Assembly (NCBI GenBank): GCA_963718615.1
Contig: OY970368.1
Location: 4,864,001-4,928,000, forward strand
Direction: 5' to 3'
Source: an uncultured cyanobacterium
GTDB taxonomy: Bacteria; Cyanobacteriota; Cyanobacteriia; PCC-9006; JAAUQQ01
Length of the DNA: 64,000 nucleotides
The notes under the pieces were generated by a model. It made no database searches. It was not told the origin of the DNA and saw nothing but the letters and a program-made list of their open reading frames with translations. Below, one piece after another: positions 20,846 to 35,853 of the stretch (position 1 is the stretch's first letter; every line of letters starts with the position of its first letter). Made by a program: the position numbers and the translations under genes.

Positions 20846-21657
20846 AGCGGCCCCGGCACAGGGGGTTGCAAATCTCCCGTCGATAGGTTTGGCACTGAAT
20901 TCGCGGCATCCGGTATCGCCGCAACTTCACAACGGGTCGCAGGTTGCGTCTGTACTGTCACCTGCCGAAATCCAGCGGTTTGCATGAGCTGCGTCACAAC
21001 CGCCTGCGCCCGCTGATTCGCCTGTTCTAGGATTTGTGCCTCACAGGCCGTCGCCACAATCTTTTCAAGTGCCTTCTGATTTGCCAACGACTGCAGTGTT
21101 ACGGCTGAATCAGGACCTAAACCAAGAAAACCGCGATCATAGTCGTAAACCGTCGAACGACTCACATCAATTTTTTGGTCTAGCAAGCGAGGCTCCGGCA
21201 AGCGGATAGCAATTTGAGCCCGATCTGGCGACACAGAAATATCCATCGGCTGCAGTTGAGCCAGATCAACCCCTGCTCGAACTTCTCCCCGAGCAATATA
21301 TAACAGCGTTGTCGTCCCTAGCGTTAGCTGCCCAAGCGTTCGATCCTGCTTCGTCGGGACCACCGCTTCCATCGCAAAGGAAGCTGTCGACAATTCACTC
21401 AGCTCTCGGACTTGCTCTAAGACTACCGACCGAACATCAACTTCCGGTTCTGGAGGCGGTGCATAAAATACCGATTTTACCTCTGTCCAAAACTGATTAC
21501 CCATACGCGCAATGCCAACCCCTGCCACTAAGGATAGGGCGATCGCCCCCCCAGTCGTCAGCATTGTCAACGACCTCAGCCAGCCCACCAGCAGAAACCG
21601 CCCTCGCCCCAGAGACAAAGGCTTTGAAATCTGACGAGGTTGTTTGACAGAATTCAT
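20842..21657 (-). CDS. DUF4230 family protein
   Basis: N-terminal TM; LSELST, GEVRAGVDL, LPEPRLL and ILEQA motifs. Confidence 0.82.
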   Translation of the reverse strand: MNSVKQPRQISKPLSLGRGRFLLVGWLRSLTMLTTGGAIALSLVAGVGIARMGNQFWTEVKSVFYAPPPEPEVDVRSVVLEQVRELSELSTASFAMEAVVPTKQDRTLGQLTLGTTTLLYIARGEVRAGVDLAQLQPMDISVSPDRAQIAIRLPEPRLLDQKIDVSRSTVYDYDRGFLGLGPDSAVTLQSLANQKALEKIVATACEAQILEQANQRAQAVVTQLMQTAGFRQVTVQTQPATRCEVAAIPDAANSVPNLSTGDLQPPVPGPL

Positions 21658-21735
21658 AGAGTACGTAAAATATCGGTCAAGGGTCTGCCCTTTTATAGCG
21701 CAATTGAGCCAAAACTAGATCTTACGATTCACACG

Positions 21736-21779
21736 AAAAAGCAAAAGACCTCAGGATATGGTATTCCGAGGTCTTTTGC
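21736..21779 (-). terminator. rrn operon terminator
   Basis: GCAAAAGACCTC...GAGGTCTTTTGC inverted repeat followed by a T-run on the minus strand, just after 5S. Confidence 0.85.
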
Positions 21780-21788
21780 GTAGTATTA

Positions 21789-21906
21789 CCCTGGCATCGA
21801 GCTAGATTCACAAGCAGTCACCCGCTCACTATTTTCGCCGCAGATGTGTTTCACAACCGAGTTCGGGATGGGTCGGAGTGGTTCCACATCGCCATTGACA
21901 CCAGGA
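21789..21906 (-). rRNA. rrf: 5S rRNA
   Basis: TCCTGGTGTC...CCCATCCCGAACTCGG...GATGCCAGG; ends approximate. Confidence 0.97.
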
Positions 21907-22020
21907 ATGCTGTTGGGTCTGTTGGCCAGAACCCAGAAGGCTGCATAGAGAATCTTTAACGAAATGAATGGGCATGCGGTTCTTAACATCACCACATCTT
22001 CAACACCCTCTCCACTGATT

Positions 22021-24903
<2,883 letters not shown>

Positions 24904-25319
24904 TCTTCTCAATCACTCCCTTTCACTACTCACATGCTTCACTCTCATCTACACAACCAACTTCCCTAAATATTCTCTAGAAAAATCTGTTGCTCAACTC
25001 AAATCCACACATCTCATAGCTTCCAGTCATCATTGACTTCAGTCTCTTGGTGTCTGTGTATCTCTCATCCTCGCTTCTTCTTCTTCTCTGGTCTCGCTCT
25101 TACACTCAACCTCTGATGAATTAGCAACGCTAAATGAGTTCGATACTACCCATTCATCTCTTTCTCTATGCAGTTTTCTAGGTTCTTTCACTGGACTAAT
25201 TGCCCAGCATCCTCATTGCTACCTTTCACTTCATGCTCAACACAAACTATACATACAATAGCCTGTTGCTCATCAAACTACTCTTCGCAATCTAGGTGCT
25301 AAACTCTAATCCCTCTCAG

Positions 25320-25392
25320 TGGAGGTTAGCGGACTTGAACCGCTGACATCCTGCTTGCAAAGCAGGCGCTCTACCAACTGAGCTAAACCCCC
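25320..25392 (-). tRNA. tRNA-Ala(TGC)
   Basis: GGGGGTTTAGCTCAGTTGGTAGAGCGCCTGCTTTGCAAGCAGG...TTCAAGTCCGCTAACCTCCA. Confidence 0.97.
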
Positions 25393-25410
25393 AAACACCT
25401 TTGGAGAAGG

Positions 25411-25484
<74 letters not shown>

Positions 25485-25723
25485 TTAACTCTTATCTATA
25501 CAACTATCACTCACTACCTTGATCTCTCAATTAGCTCATGACTCATCTCTAGATAAAATCAGTCCCTAAACAGATCTGAAAGCTTTACTCGCCCCACTCA
25601 TCACTCATCCTATCTCTCAATACAATGAACTCTGAATGGCCGAAATCCTCGAACGACCTTAGAGTGACCTCTCACAACTCGGCAATACTATTGCGCCGAT
25701 GTCATAAGGGCTAGGTCTCCCTT

Positions 25724-27213
<1,490 letters not shown>

Positions 27214-27483
27214 TAAACTTAAGTCCCGTGAACACAGTCTCTCAACTACATCCACTCAACTCAGCTCGAAAAGCTCAGCAAACCCTATTCGCTAAAATAG
27301 AACTCACCTTCTCAATCCGGCACCAGATATTCTCTATCCGGTCCTTGTCCCAAAACTCTGACATTAATTGCCAAAGCTCTTCTTTTTCTTGACGAGGACT
27401 TCTGGCTTATAAAGCTCTCAATCTATTTCTCTGTCTAGGTTCTGGCACTTTCCGGTGAGCTCCGCTCCCCTCAGCGCTTTACT

Positions 27484-27535
27484 AAGGTAACTCGTTCCTT
27501 TCTCTTCTGTCAACACCCTGTTTGATTTTTTTTTC
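27484..27535 (-). promoter_or_regulatory. Probable rrn promoter
   Basis: Perfect -35 TTGACA (27513-27508), 18-nt spacer, -10-like TACCTT, A-rich UP-like tract upstream. Confidence 0.65.
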
Positions 27536-27569
27536 AAGGGACTGGCTGTCCCGGTTAGTCGCCTTGGGA

Positions 27570-28469
27570 TCAGGGTAGGCGGCTAGCAAGGCGCAGCTTA
27601 GCAGAACGGGCACGGGGATTGCCTGCGACCTCTAAATCAGTGGGGATAATTGGTTTTTTGGTCACGATGCTTAGACGCTGATCGGCTTTGAAGGCTTGCT
27701 TCACCCGGCGGTCTTCTAGGCTGTGGAAGCTAATAATGCCCAAATACCCTTCTGGCTGGAGCCAATTGGGAGCTAACTGAAGTAACTGCTCAAGAACATC
27801 AAGCTCTTGATTTACGGCAATTCGTAGGGCCTGGAAAACTCTTGTGGCGGGATGGATACGACCATAACGCTGCTGGGGTGAAAAACATCCTGCAACGGCA
27901 TAGGCTAATTCTGTGGTGGTCGAAAAAGGTCGCTGGGCAACGATGCGGCGGGCGATGGGTCGCGATCGCCTCTCTTCTCCATATTCATAGAAGAGGTCTG
28001 CCAAAGCTTTTTCATCCCAGTGATTGATAATCTCAGCGGCGGTGAGTGATTGACGGGGATCCATACGCATATCCAGAGGAGCTTCTTGTCGGAAGCTGAA
28101 CCCTCGGGCTGCGACATCGAGCTGAACAGAACTCACCCCGAGATCGGCAATGATGCCGTTAAACCGAGTTTTTCCCGGATTGAAGCGAGCAAAGTTGGTG
28201 TGGTGAAGCTGCAGACGCCCTTGGTCTATATATAGGGATAAACGGGTTGTGACCGCTGCGATCGCCGCTGCATCCTGATCTACCCCCCAAACCACCCCTT
28301 CGGGCGCAGCTTGCAAGATTAATTCGGTATGACCCCCTCCGCCCAAGGTGAGGTCGAGATACTGTCCTCCTGAGCGAATCTGGAGTCCTTCAATCAGTTC
28401 GGCGGCTAAGACCGGGACATGGTGGAAATCGGGAGGGTTGGAATGCTCTGGAGCCATGGGCTTAGGCAT
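27570..28469 (-). CDS. rsmH: 16S rRNA m4C1402 methyltransferase
   Basis: [36 protein letters not shown] and [10 protein letters not shown] motifs. Confidence 0.97.
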   Translation of the reverse strand: MPKPMAPEHSNPPDFHHVPVLAAELIEGLQIRSGGQYLDLTLGGGGHTELILQAAPEGVVWGVDQDAAAIAAVTTRLSLYIDQGRLQLHHTNFARFNPGKTRFNGIIADLGVSSVQLDVAARGFSFRQEAPLDMRMDPRQSLTAAEIINHWDEKALADLFYEYGEERRSRPIARRIVAQRPFSTTTELAYAVAGCFSPQQRYGRIHPATRVFQALRIAVNQELDVLEQLLQLAPNWLQPEGYLGIISFHSLEDRRVKQAFKADQRLSIVTKKPIIPTDLEVAGNPRARSAKLRLASRLP

Positions 28470-28752
28470 GAACTTACGCTATAGATCCGACAAGACTGGA
28501 TGGAAACTCTGAGGTTACCCCAGAGAAAGGGCGAAGCGCGAGGGCTAAAGAGTTTGCGAAGGCAGAAAAATCCCTTACTATGGCAAGATAAGATGCATCT
28601 GAAGTCTTAAATCATCAGTACCATTACTGAAGCGCCACGAGTCAAGGCGTGTAGTCTACCCTAGCTTCATCAGACTTCAGCTCTAATCCATGCTTCAGGC
28701 AATGCGAGCAAAGGAAACGACTCCGGTCGGTTTCGCATAGAGAGCGATTCAT

Positions 28753-30057
28753 ATGACTCAACGGCGTATCAGCAGTCGCGCTTCCCAGGATGGGGGAGGG
28801 CGTTTGCCCTGGTTTTTGGCGATCGCAGCAGGGCTTGCCCTGAGTTTGGTGGGGTTCCATTTGATGCGATCGCAAACGGCTCCGGCCACGGATGTCGCCC
28901 CTCTGTTCACCGAGATCGGGCCTGACATTAAAACGGTGACGGCTTTAGGCCATTTAGAACCGGCGGGCCAGGTGATTAGTCTGGCGGCATCTGCGGGCGC
29001 GGAAGGAAGTTTGGTGGCCAATTTGTTGGTCCAAGAGGGGGATGGGGTCAAGGCCGGACAAATGATCGCGATTTTGGATAGTCACGATACGCTCCAAGCG
29101 GCGGTCTTGGAGGCTCAACAGCAAGTGGCGATCGCCCAGTCGGACCTCAACAAAGTCAAGGCCGGTGCCAAAAAGGGAGAGATTGTGGCCCAGGAAGCAG
29201 AAATCGAACGGCTCCGCCTAGAACGCACCGATCAGATTACCGCTCAAGAGGCTACGATTCGTCGGTTGGAGGTCACCCGTGCAGGCGAAATTTCGGCTCA
29301 GCAGGCGGTGGTCGATCGATTAAAGGCGGAACTCAAAAACACCCAGTCGGAGGCGGAGCGATATCAAGAACTCTATGACCAGGGAGCGATCGCAGAATCG
29401 TTACTCGAAAGCTATCAGCTCTGGGTCAATACCGCTGAGGAACGGTTGCAGGAAGCCGAAGCCGCCCTCAAGCAAGTCAAGGAATCCCGTCGCGCGGAAA
29501 TCGAAGAAGCCCAGGCGGTGTTGAAGCGCATCCAATCGGGTCAGCAGCAGCAAATTCTGAGTGCTAAAGCCACACTCGAAAAAATCTCGGAGGTCCGTCC
29601 CATTGACATCCAAGCCGCCGAGAGCCAGGTCAAGTCCGCCGAGGCTAGCTTGACGCGTGCTAAGGCACAGCTCGAAAAAGCCTACGTCAAAGCCCCTCAG
29701 GACGGCACGATTTTAAAAATTCACACTCGCAAAGGAGAACAGGTCGGCAGTGGCGGGATTGTTGATTTGGGCAGAACCCAGAGCATGATGGCGATCGCGG
29801 AAGTTTATGAAAGTGATATTGACAAAATCAAGATCGGCCAAAGCGCCACGGTCACCAGTGACATTTTAAAAGAGAAACTCACGGGTGCAGTTGAACAAAT
29901 CGGGATGCAAATTCAGCGGCAAAACGTCACCAATACGGACCCCGCCGCCAATATTGATGGTCGCATTATTGAAGTCAAAATTCGGTTGGATGATTCCTCG
30001 AGTCGCAAGGTCTCCCATCTCACCAACCTGCAAGTCGAGGTGCAAATCCAGCGGTAA
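28753..30057 (+). CDS. devB: DevB-family membrane fusion protein of an ABC exporter
   Basis: N-terminal TM, VTALGHLEP, long coiled coil, AEVYESDI, LTNLQVEV. Confidence 0.88.
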   Translation: MTQRRISSRASQDGGGRLPWFLAIAAGLALSLVGFHLMRSQTAPATDVAPLFTEIGPDIKTVTALGHLEPAGQVISLAASAGAEGSLVANLLVQEGDGVKAGQMIAILDSHDTLQAAVLEAQQQVAIAQSDLNKVKAGAKKGEIVAQEAEIERLRLERTDQITAQEATIRRLEVTRAGEISAQQAVVDRLKAELKNTQSEAERYQELYDQGAIAESLLESYQLWVNTAEERLQEAEAALKQVKESRRAEIEEAQAVLKRIQSGQQQQILSAKATLEKISEVRPIDIQAAESQVKSAEASLTRAKAQLEKAYVKAPQDGTILKIHTRKGEQVGSGGIVDLGRTQSMMAIAEVYESDIDKIKIGQSATVTSDILKEKLTGAVEQIGMQIQRQNVTNTDPAANIDGRIIEVKIRLDDSSSRKVSHLTNLQVEVQIQR

Positions 30058-30060
30058 CCT

Positions 30061-31233
30061 ATGAATCCTATTTACAGCTTGCGCCGCCGAACACCCCTCG
30101 GTTGGCTTCAACTGAATCATGAGAAGGGTCGTCTGCTGGTGGCGATCGCAGGTGTGGCCTTTGCAGACATCTTGATGTTAATGCAACTTGGTTTTCAGGG
30201 AGCACTCTTTGAAAGCGGTGTCCAGATCCACAAAACGCTCAAAGCTGACATTGTCATCACTAGTACCGAGATTATTAATCTCAATAACTCCAATCACTTT
30301 TCTCGACGTCGACTCTATCAATCCTTAGATATTCCCGGTGTTCAGTCCGTAGATGCCATCTATCTGGAAATGACCCGCTGGAAACATCCCATCACCCTAG
30401 AGCAAGGAACCGTGCTGATGATGGGGATTGACCCCAGTCATCCCGTTTTGACGCGTCCCGATGTCAATGCCCAACTGGATCGGATTAAGCTGCCCGATCG
30501 CTTTTTGTTTGACCAAGATGCCAGGGGTGACTTTGACCAAGTGATCGCCCAAATTCGCCAGGGCAAGCAAACCATCTCTGAAATTGACCGACGTCGTATT
30601 TATCTCGATGGATTGATCTCTGTCGGTTCTTCATTTGCAGCGGATGGCACGCTGATTACGAGTGATCAAACCTTTCTCAGACTCAATCCCGATCGCCCAG
30701 CCTCCCAAATTAGTTTGGGATTATTAACCCTGAAATCCGGCGTCGATGCGGTGCAAACCGCTGAGGCATTACGGAAATATTTACCGAACGATGTTCGAGT
30801 TTTTACAATTGATCAATTTATTGAATTTGAATATCACTATTGGGCCACTAATACAGCGATCGGCTTTATTTTTACATTGGGGGTCGCCATGGGATTTATT
30901 GTCGGGATTATCATCGTCTACCAAGTGTTGGCCACGGATGTGAATAGCCATATTGGTGAGTATGCAACTTTTCGAGCCATGGGCTATCGTCAATTCTTTC
31001 TCCTCAGTATTGTGTTTGAAGAAGCCATTTTATTAGCGGTTTTAGGCTTCGTTCCCAGCTTGGGCATCGCTATGGGTCTTTATCACCTCACCCGAGGCGC
31101 AACCAGTTTGCCAATTGCGATGACACTGGGTCGAGCGGCTGGCGTTTTGATTGCCACGATCGCCATGTGTTTGATTTCGGGGGCGATCGCCACCCAACGG
31201 CTCCAAGCCGCAGATCCTGCCGATATTTTCTAG
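30061..31233 (+). CDS. devC: DevC-family ABC exporter permease
   Basis: GVAFADILMLMQLGF, VYQVL, EYATFRAMGY and ADPADIF motifs. Confidence 0.9.
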   Translation: MNPIYSLRRRTPLGWLQLNHEKGRLLVAIAGVAFADILMLMQLGFQGALFESGVQIHKTLKADIVITSTEIINLNNSNHFSRRRLYQSLDIPGVQSVDAIYLEMTRWKHPITLEQGTVLMMGIDPSHPVLTRPDVNAQLDRIKLPDRFLFDQDARGDFDQVIAQIRQGKQTISEIDRRRIYLDGLISVGSSFAADGTLITSDQTFLRLNPDRPASQISLGLLTLKSGVDAVQTAEALRKYLPNDVRVFTIDQFIEFEYHYWATNTAIGFIFTLGVAMGFIVGIIIVYQVLATDVNSHIGEYATFRAMGYRQFFLLSIVFEEAILLAVLGFVPSLGIAMGLYHLTRGATSLPIAMTLGRAAGVLIATIAMCLISGAIATQRLQAADPADIF

Positions 31234-31294
31234 ACACCGATTTTCTAGACACTGATTTTTTCTAGACATTATCTTTCCCCCACAGGTAAATGCC

Positions 31295-31996
31295 ATGCTT
31301 CCCGCGATTCAAATCGAGCATCTTAACCATTTTTTTGGCAAAGGTCGTTTAGAAAAGCAAGTCCTCTTCGACATTAACCTCACCATCGAAGCGGGAGAGA
31401 TTGTGATTATGACTGGGCCTTCTGGCTCCGGCAAAACAACACTTTTGACCCTAGTGGGCGGCTTGCGCTCGGCTCAGGAAGGGAGTCTCAAAGTCCTAGG
31501 CGAAGAACTCTGTGGGGCTAAGCCCCGGAAGCTGGATCAGGCTCGCCGCAATAATGGCTATATTTTCCAAGCCCACAATCTGCACCATAGTTTGACCGCG
31601 ATGCAGAATGTGATGATGGGGTTAGAGGTGCATCCCCAGTATTCGCGATCGCAAATGCAGGATCGGGCCGCCGAAATCCTCGAAGAAGTGGGTCTGGGTC
31701 ATCATCTGCATTATCATCCCGATGATCTCTCCGGGGGGCAAAAACAGCGGGTGGCGATCGCCCGTGCCCTAGTCAGCCACCCCAGGCTCGTCCTAGCGGA
31801 TGAGCCGACCGCTGCGCTGGACAGCAAATCAGGGCGGGGGGTCGTGGAGCTCATGCAGCGGCTGGCCAAGGAACAGGACTGTACGATTTTGCTGGTCACG
31901 CACGATAACCGAATTTTAGATATCGCCGATCGCATCGTTCATCTAGAAGACGGAGAACTGATTTCCGCTGGGGTTCCAGCGATGCTCATGGGCTGA
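31295..31996 (+). CDS. devA: DevA-family ABC ATP-binding protein
   Basis: GPSGSGKTT, LSGGQKQR, ADEPTAALD, VTHD. Confidence 0.92.
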   Translation: MLPAIQIEHLNHFFGKGRLEKQVLFDINLTIEAGEIVIMTGPSGSGKTTLLTLVGGLRSAQEGSLKVLGEELCGAKPRKLDQARRNNGYIFQAHNLHHSLTAMQNVMMGLEVHPQYSRSQMQDRAAEILEEVGLGHHLHYHPDDLSGGQKQRVAIARALVSHPRLVLADEPTAALDSKSGRGVVELMQRLAKEQDCTILLVTHDNRILDIADRIVHLEDGELISAGVPAMLMG

Positions 31997-32092
31997 ATCT
32001 ATGCCTCGGGCTCAAGCGGTTAAGGTCCTTCGTCGTCCACAATAGAACTTTAAATAGAACTGTTCTGTTGGCAACGATGAGCCGGTACGTCC

Positions 32093-32683
32093 ATGGATTT
32101 GCGATTTTCCCAGGAGCTAAAGGCATTACTGTTACAACTTGAAGCGGAACCTTTGTCGTTGGAAGATTTGCTACAACGGGGTTCCGAGCAGGCCACAAGC
32201 GTGATGATTGTGCTGCTGACGTTGCCCTTTCTGCTGCCCATGCCGCCGGGGGCGGCAGGACCGTTTGGGGCGGTGGCGGCTTTACTGGGATTGCAAATGG
32301 CCCTGGGGCGATCGCCTCGGCTCCCTCGCCGTCTGGCCCAGTATCGCTTTCCCAATATCCTTATCCGTCCCCTCTTGCTGCTGCTGCATCGGTTGAGTCA
32401 TTGGGTTGAGGGCATCAGTCGGCCCCGCATGCTAAACATTGCTCACCATCCTTGGTGTGAGCGCTTAACAGGCCTTTGCATTGCCTGGTTGGCATTGCTG
32501 CTGATGTTGCCGATTCCGTTTACCAATCCGATTCCGGCGATTGGGATTTTGCTGATGGCGATCGCCACCATTGAATCCGATGGACTGCTGCTCTGTTTCA
32601 GCTATGGCCTGACCTTAGCCATTAGCATCTTCTTCCTTGGGCTGTTTTATGGCCTATCTAATCTTCCAATTAGTTTTGGTTAA
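32093..32683 (+). CDS. exoD: ExoD-family membrane protein
   Basis: LPFLLPMPPG, LMLPIPFTNPIPA and ESDG motifs. Confidence 0.85.
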   Translation: MDLRFSQELKALLLQLEAEPLSLEDLLQRGSEQATSVMIVLLTLPFLLPMPPGAAGPFGAVAALLGLQMALGRSPRLPRRLAQYRFPNILIRPLLLLLHRLSHWVEGISRPRMLNIAHHPWCERLTGLCIAWLALLLMLPIPFTNPIPAIGILLMAIATIESDGLLLCFSYGLTLAISIFFLGLFYGLSNLPISFG

Positions 32684-33300
32684 AACAGCGCAGATTTCAC
32701 CACGTTCTGAATTTCTTGACGGATCAGCCGCATCTCAGATCGTGACCATACTCAACCAAAACTGAATCAGTTAAGAGTTTACATTTTGAGTGATATTGCT
32801 GATTTGAGCGACCGTTCGTGGACAAATCACAAAGAAACAGCAAGGGCATCCTAGCTGCTGCGCATCGTTCAGCGCAGGTACTCTTAGCAGGCAATCCTTA
32901 AATACAGCATTTCGTCAACAACCATCAGATGGTGTAGTATACAAGAACTAGAAAAAGGGAAAGAGAAGTCGTGTAAATGAACCTGCCCATAAGTTGCCAA
33001 AAATCTTATGTCTAGACGCACTACTCGTACAGGTCAACAGTATTCTGGATCTACCCCATACAAGCTTAAGGGATTTCGTTACCTTATGGCTTATCACGCT
33101 GCTGTATGCAGACTAATTCAGGATAAACATCAACAGCCATACATATATGTAGATTTAAATTGTGGAGCCGGGTATCAACCTGAGTACGAAGAGGTAGGTG
33201 ATGAGTTACTTGGTTCTCCAATCATTGCACTGCAAGAGTTGAACAAGCAGAAAATTAAACCAATATGTCACTTTTGCGACACTAGTGAAGAATCATTAAA

Positions 33301-34159
33301 GGTAGTGCCTTTAGCTGGGGGATGAGTATGTTGTGGCCATTAGAGAAAGAAAAAGCAAACTGGGTAAGACCCTTCTGTGCCAATTGCGATGACTCAAGAG
33401 CTGATTCATTGTCCTAACTGTCTATCTGAAGATATCAGCCGTAACGGCTTCAACGATCGCGGTACTCAAAGCTATAAATGTCGAGATTGCCGTCGCCGGT
33501 TTGTCCTGACTCCGAAATCCCTTCCCTTGAGCGATGAAGAGATAGCCTTGCTCGAACGTTTATTGCTTGAAAGGCTGGCCATCGCTGGAATTGCTCGGGT
33601 GATGCAGCGCTCCGAGAGCTGCATTCAGACCTACGTCAACGCCAAAGCTAAAACCGTTGCTCGGGAGGTGGAAGTGACGAAGAAAGTAAAAAAGCTCTGA
33701 CGGTCCAGATGGACGAACTCTGGTCGTTCGTGGACCATAAAGGAAATAAACAGTGGGTTTGGATTGCTCTAGATGCGGACACTCGCGAAATCATTGGCCT
33801 TTATATCGGGGACCGAAGTGCTAAATCTGCCGAAGCTTTATGGCGGTCTCTACCGGGAGTGTACCGCCAATGTGCAGTCATCTACACCGATTATTGGGAG
33901 AGCTATGCCTGTGTGCTTCCTAGCCAACGCCACCGAGCGGTTGGGAAAGAAAGCGGGCTGACGAGCTACATCGAGAGGTTCAACTGCACCCTGCGGCAAA
34001 GGGTGTCGCGCTTGGTCCGAAAGGCTCTCTCGTTTTCAAAGAAACAAGAGAACCACGAGGCTGCGATCTGGAATTTCGTTCACCATTACAACCAGCAATT
34101 GCGCCTTAAGCAGGCTCATGCCGCTTCATTCTCTCCAGCACCCACATAATTGGACTACC
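33301..34159 (+). mobile_element. IS1-family element, 859 bp
   Basis: Ends GGTAGT.../...ACTACC as imperfect inverted repeats; 8-bp TSD TCATTAAA at 33293-33300 and 34160-34167. Confidence 0.93.
33389..34149 (+). CDS. IS1 transposase InsAB' (InsA 33389-33700 plus InsB frame by -1 frameshift)
   Basis: Zn ribbon CPNC...CRDC and HTH; AAAAAAG slippery site at 33688-33694; DDE motifs MDELW, YTDYW, IERFN in the -1 frame. Confidence 0.9.
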
Positions 34160-34743
34160 TCATTAAAAACATTAGAGAGGGCTATCTCAGAGTTGAAGCT
34201 GCAATGTCAAGCTCACTACTGGTCAGGCGAAAATAAGGACTCTTTGCAACAGATATCTCAGAATCTAAATCATCCTCGTTTTCAAGGACTCGTTTACTCA
34301 GACCCTAACGGGAAACAAGATTTTCCCGTTAGAGAGATTCATGCTGTATTTCAGTTACCTCAAATGCAGAAGGTGGACCTACTGATGAATGTGGCCACTA
34401 ATTATGTAAAACGCTGGGAATCAAATCCTAAAGCGACTTGGGAGGCTTACTCATTAGAGGAGATAGTCTCAGGTCACGGGAAAAAGTATGTCTTTGTCCG
34501 TGAGCCAGACAATCCATCCTTAAAGTGGACTTTTATCTACGCAACGAACTGGCCCAAACAGAAAGATTTGAACAAAATTAGACTTTATAGTATTGACAGA
34601 GATATTGGGAAAAGCATTTTAGATCATTTATTTAATCCAAAGTCAAATCCTCTCCCACATATAGGAGATGATGGCTCAATTTCGATCCAAGGCAATCTAT
34701 TCGATAACTTTAATTCAGGCTCAGATGCATTAGGGGATTAGCA

Positions 34744-35580
34744 ATGACTCAGAGCATGACGATCAAGGTAAGGAACCAAGAAACAATTCAAGAACTAACC
34801 ACTGATGATGGCCGTAAAATCTATATCGTCAACAGTGATAGAAAAGCTCAATTTAATAGTACGAACGAAATGGTTGATTGGGCATGGTGGACTTGGAATC
34901 CTGTAACAGGATGTTGGCATGGATGCCCGTACTGCTATGCAAGAGATATTGCACATAGATTTTACAATACTGAATTTGAGCCAACATTTTATCCAGGCCG
35001 ATTGGATGCACCTAAAAATATGAAACTTATGTCTGCTGAACGAGTTGCAAAAGAAGCAAAAAAAAGGAGAGTGAGCTTTGATAATGCTCTTGTCTTTTCT
35101 AGAAATGTATTTACCTGCTCCATGGCTGACTTATTTGGAAAATGGGTTCCAGAAGAGTGGATTCTTCAAGTTTTTTCGTCTGTCCAAGAATCTCCAGATT
35201 GGAATTTTCTATTTTTGACTAAATTTCCACAACGACTACAAGATATTAACGATACTCTCGGTGGGTTTCCGGATAACGTATGGGTAGGTACGACAGTGGA
35301 TACTCAAGCTAGAGTTGCACTTGCTGAAAAATCTTTTAGAAATATTCAGGCAAAGGTTAAATGGCTTTCCATTGAGCCGATGTTGGAGCCTTTGTCATTC
35401 AATAGTTTAAAAATGTTTGATTTGATTGCTGTAGGTGGGCAAAGTCGGACCACTCAAGAACCCGAGTTTCAGCCCGAATGGTCATGGGTAGAGAGCTTAT
35501 TGCAACAAGCACGAGAATCTGGTACGGCAGTGTATTTTAAAGAGAATTTGAGAGCTAGGCCAAAAGAATTACCGTGGTAG
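34744..35580 (+). CDS. DUF5131 (phage Gp37/Gp68) family, radical-SAM-like protein
   Basis: WTWNPVTGCWHGCPYCYAR, FTCSMADLFG, FLTK, NVWVGTTV, SIEPML, VGGQS, YFK. Confidence 0.9.
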   Translation: MTQSMTIKVRNQETIQELTTDDGRKIYIVNSDRKAQFNSTNEMVDWAWWTWNPVTGCWHGCPYCYARDIAHRFYNTEFEPTFYPGRLDAPKNMKLMSAERVAKEAKKRRVSFDNALVFSRNVFTCSMADLFGKWVPEEWILQVFSSVQESPDWNFLFLTKFPQRLQDINDTLGGFPDNVWVGTTVDTQARVALAEKSFRNIQAKVKWLSIEPMLEPLSFNSLKMFDLIAVGGQSRTTQEPEFQPEWSWVESLLQQARESGTAVYFKENLRARPKELPW

Positions 35581-35853
35581 CGTGAATAGGAGTCAGGGAA
35601 TTCCAACGCCCAAAAACGCAAAGCATACAAAAGCCCATAGCATGGACGATAACATCAGATAAAGACACCTCAAAGTCGAGCACTTTCTCGACGAACGTAG
35701 CTCGACTGAAATCGGCAATAATATAATTGCTGTCCTTGTCCGCAGCTACGGCAAAGACAACATCATAATCTATGTGGATTTCTTGGACCTTTTTTACACA
35801 CTCTCCAAACAACTTTAATTACTGATGGGGCATCACGTTATATTCTGACCCGT

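Larger units (their letters stand above)
33008..34741 (+). pseudogene. TcmP-like (three-Cys-motif partner) gene interrupted by IS1; 288 aa when rejoined
   Basis: TPYKL N-terminal motif, YVDLNCGAG (MTase motif I-like), SDPNG; removing the IS and one TSD joins the halves in frame (EESLK-TLER). Confidence 0.78.

Noticed and set aside
35555-35812. 85-aa minus-strand ORF as a third island gene
   Set aside because: No motif or clear RBS, and it overlaps the DUF5131 3' end; cannot be supported
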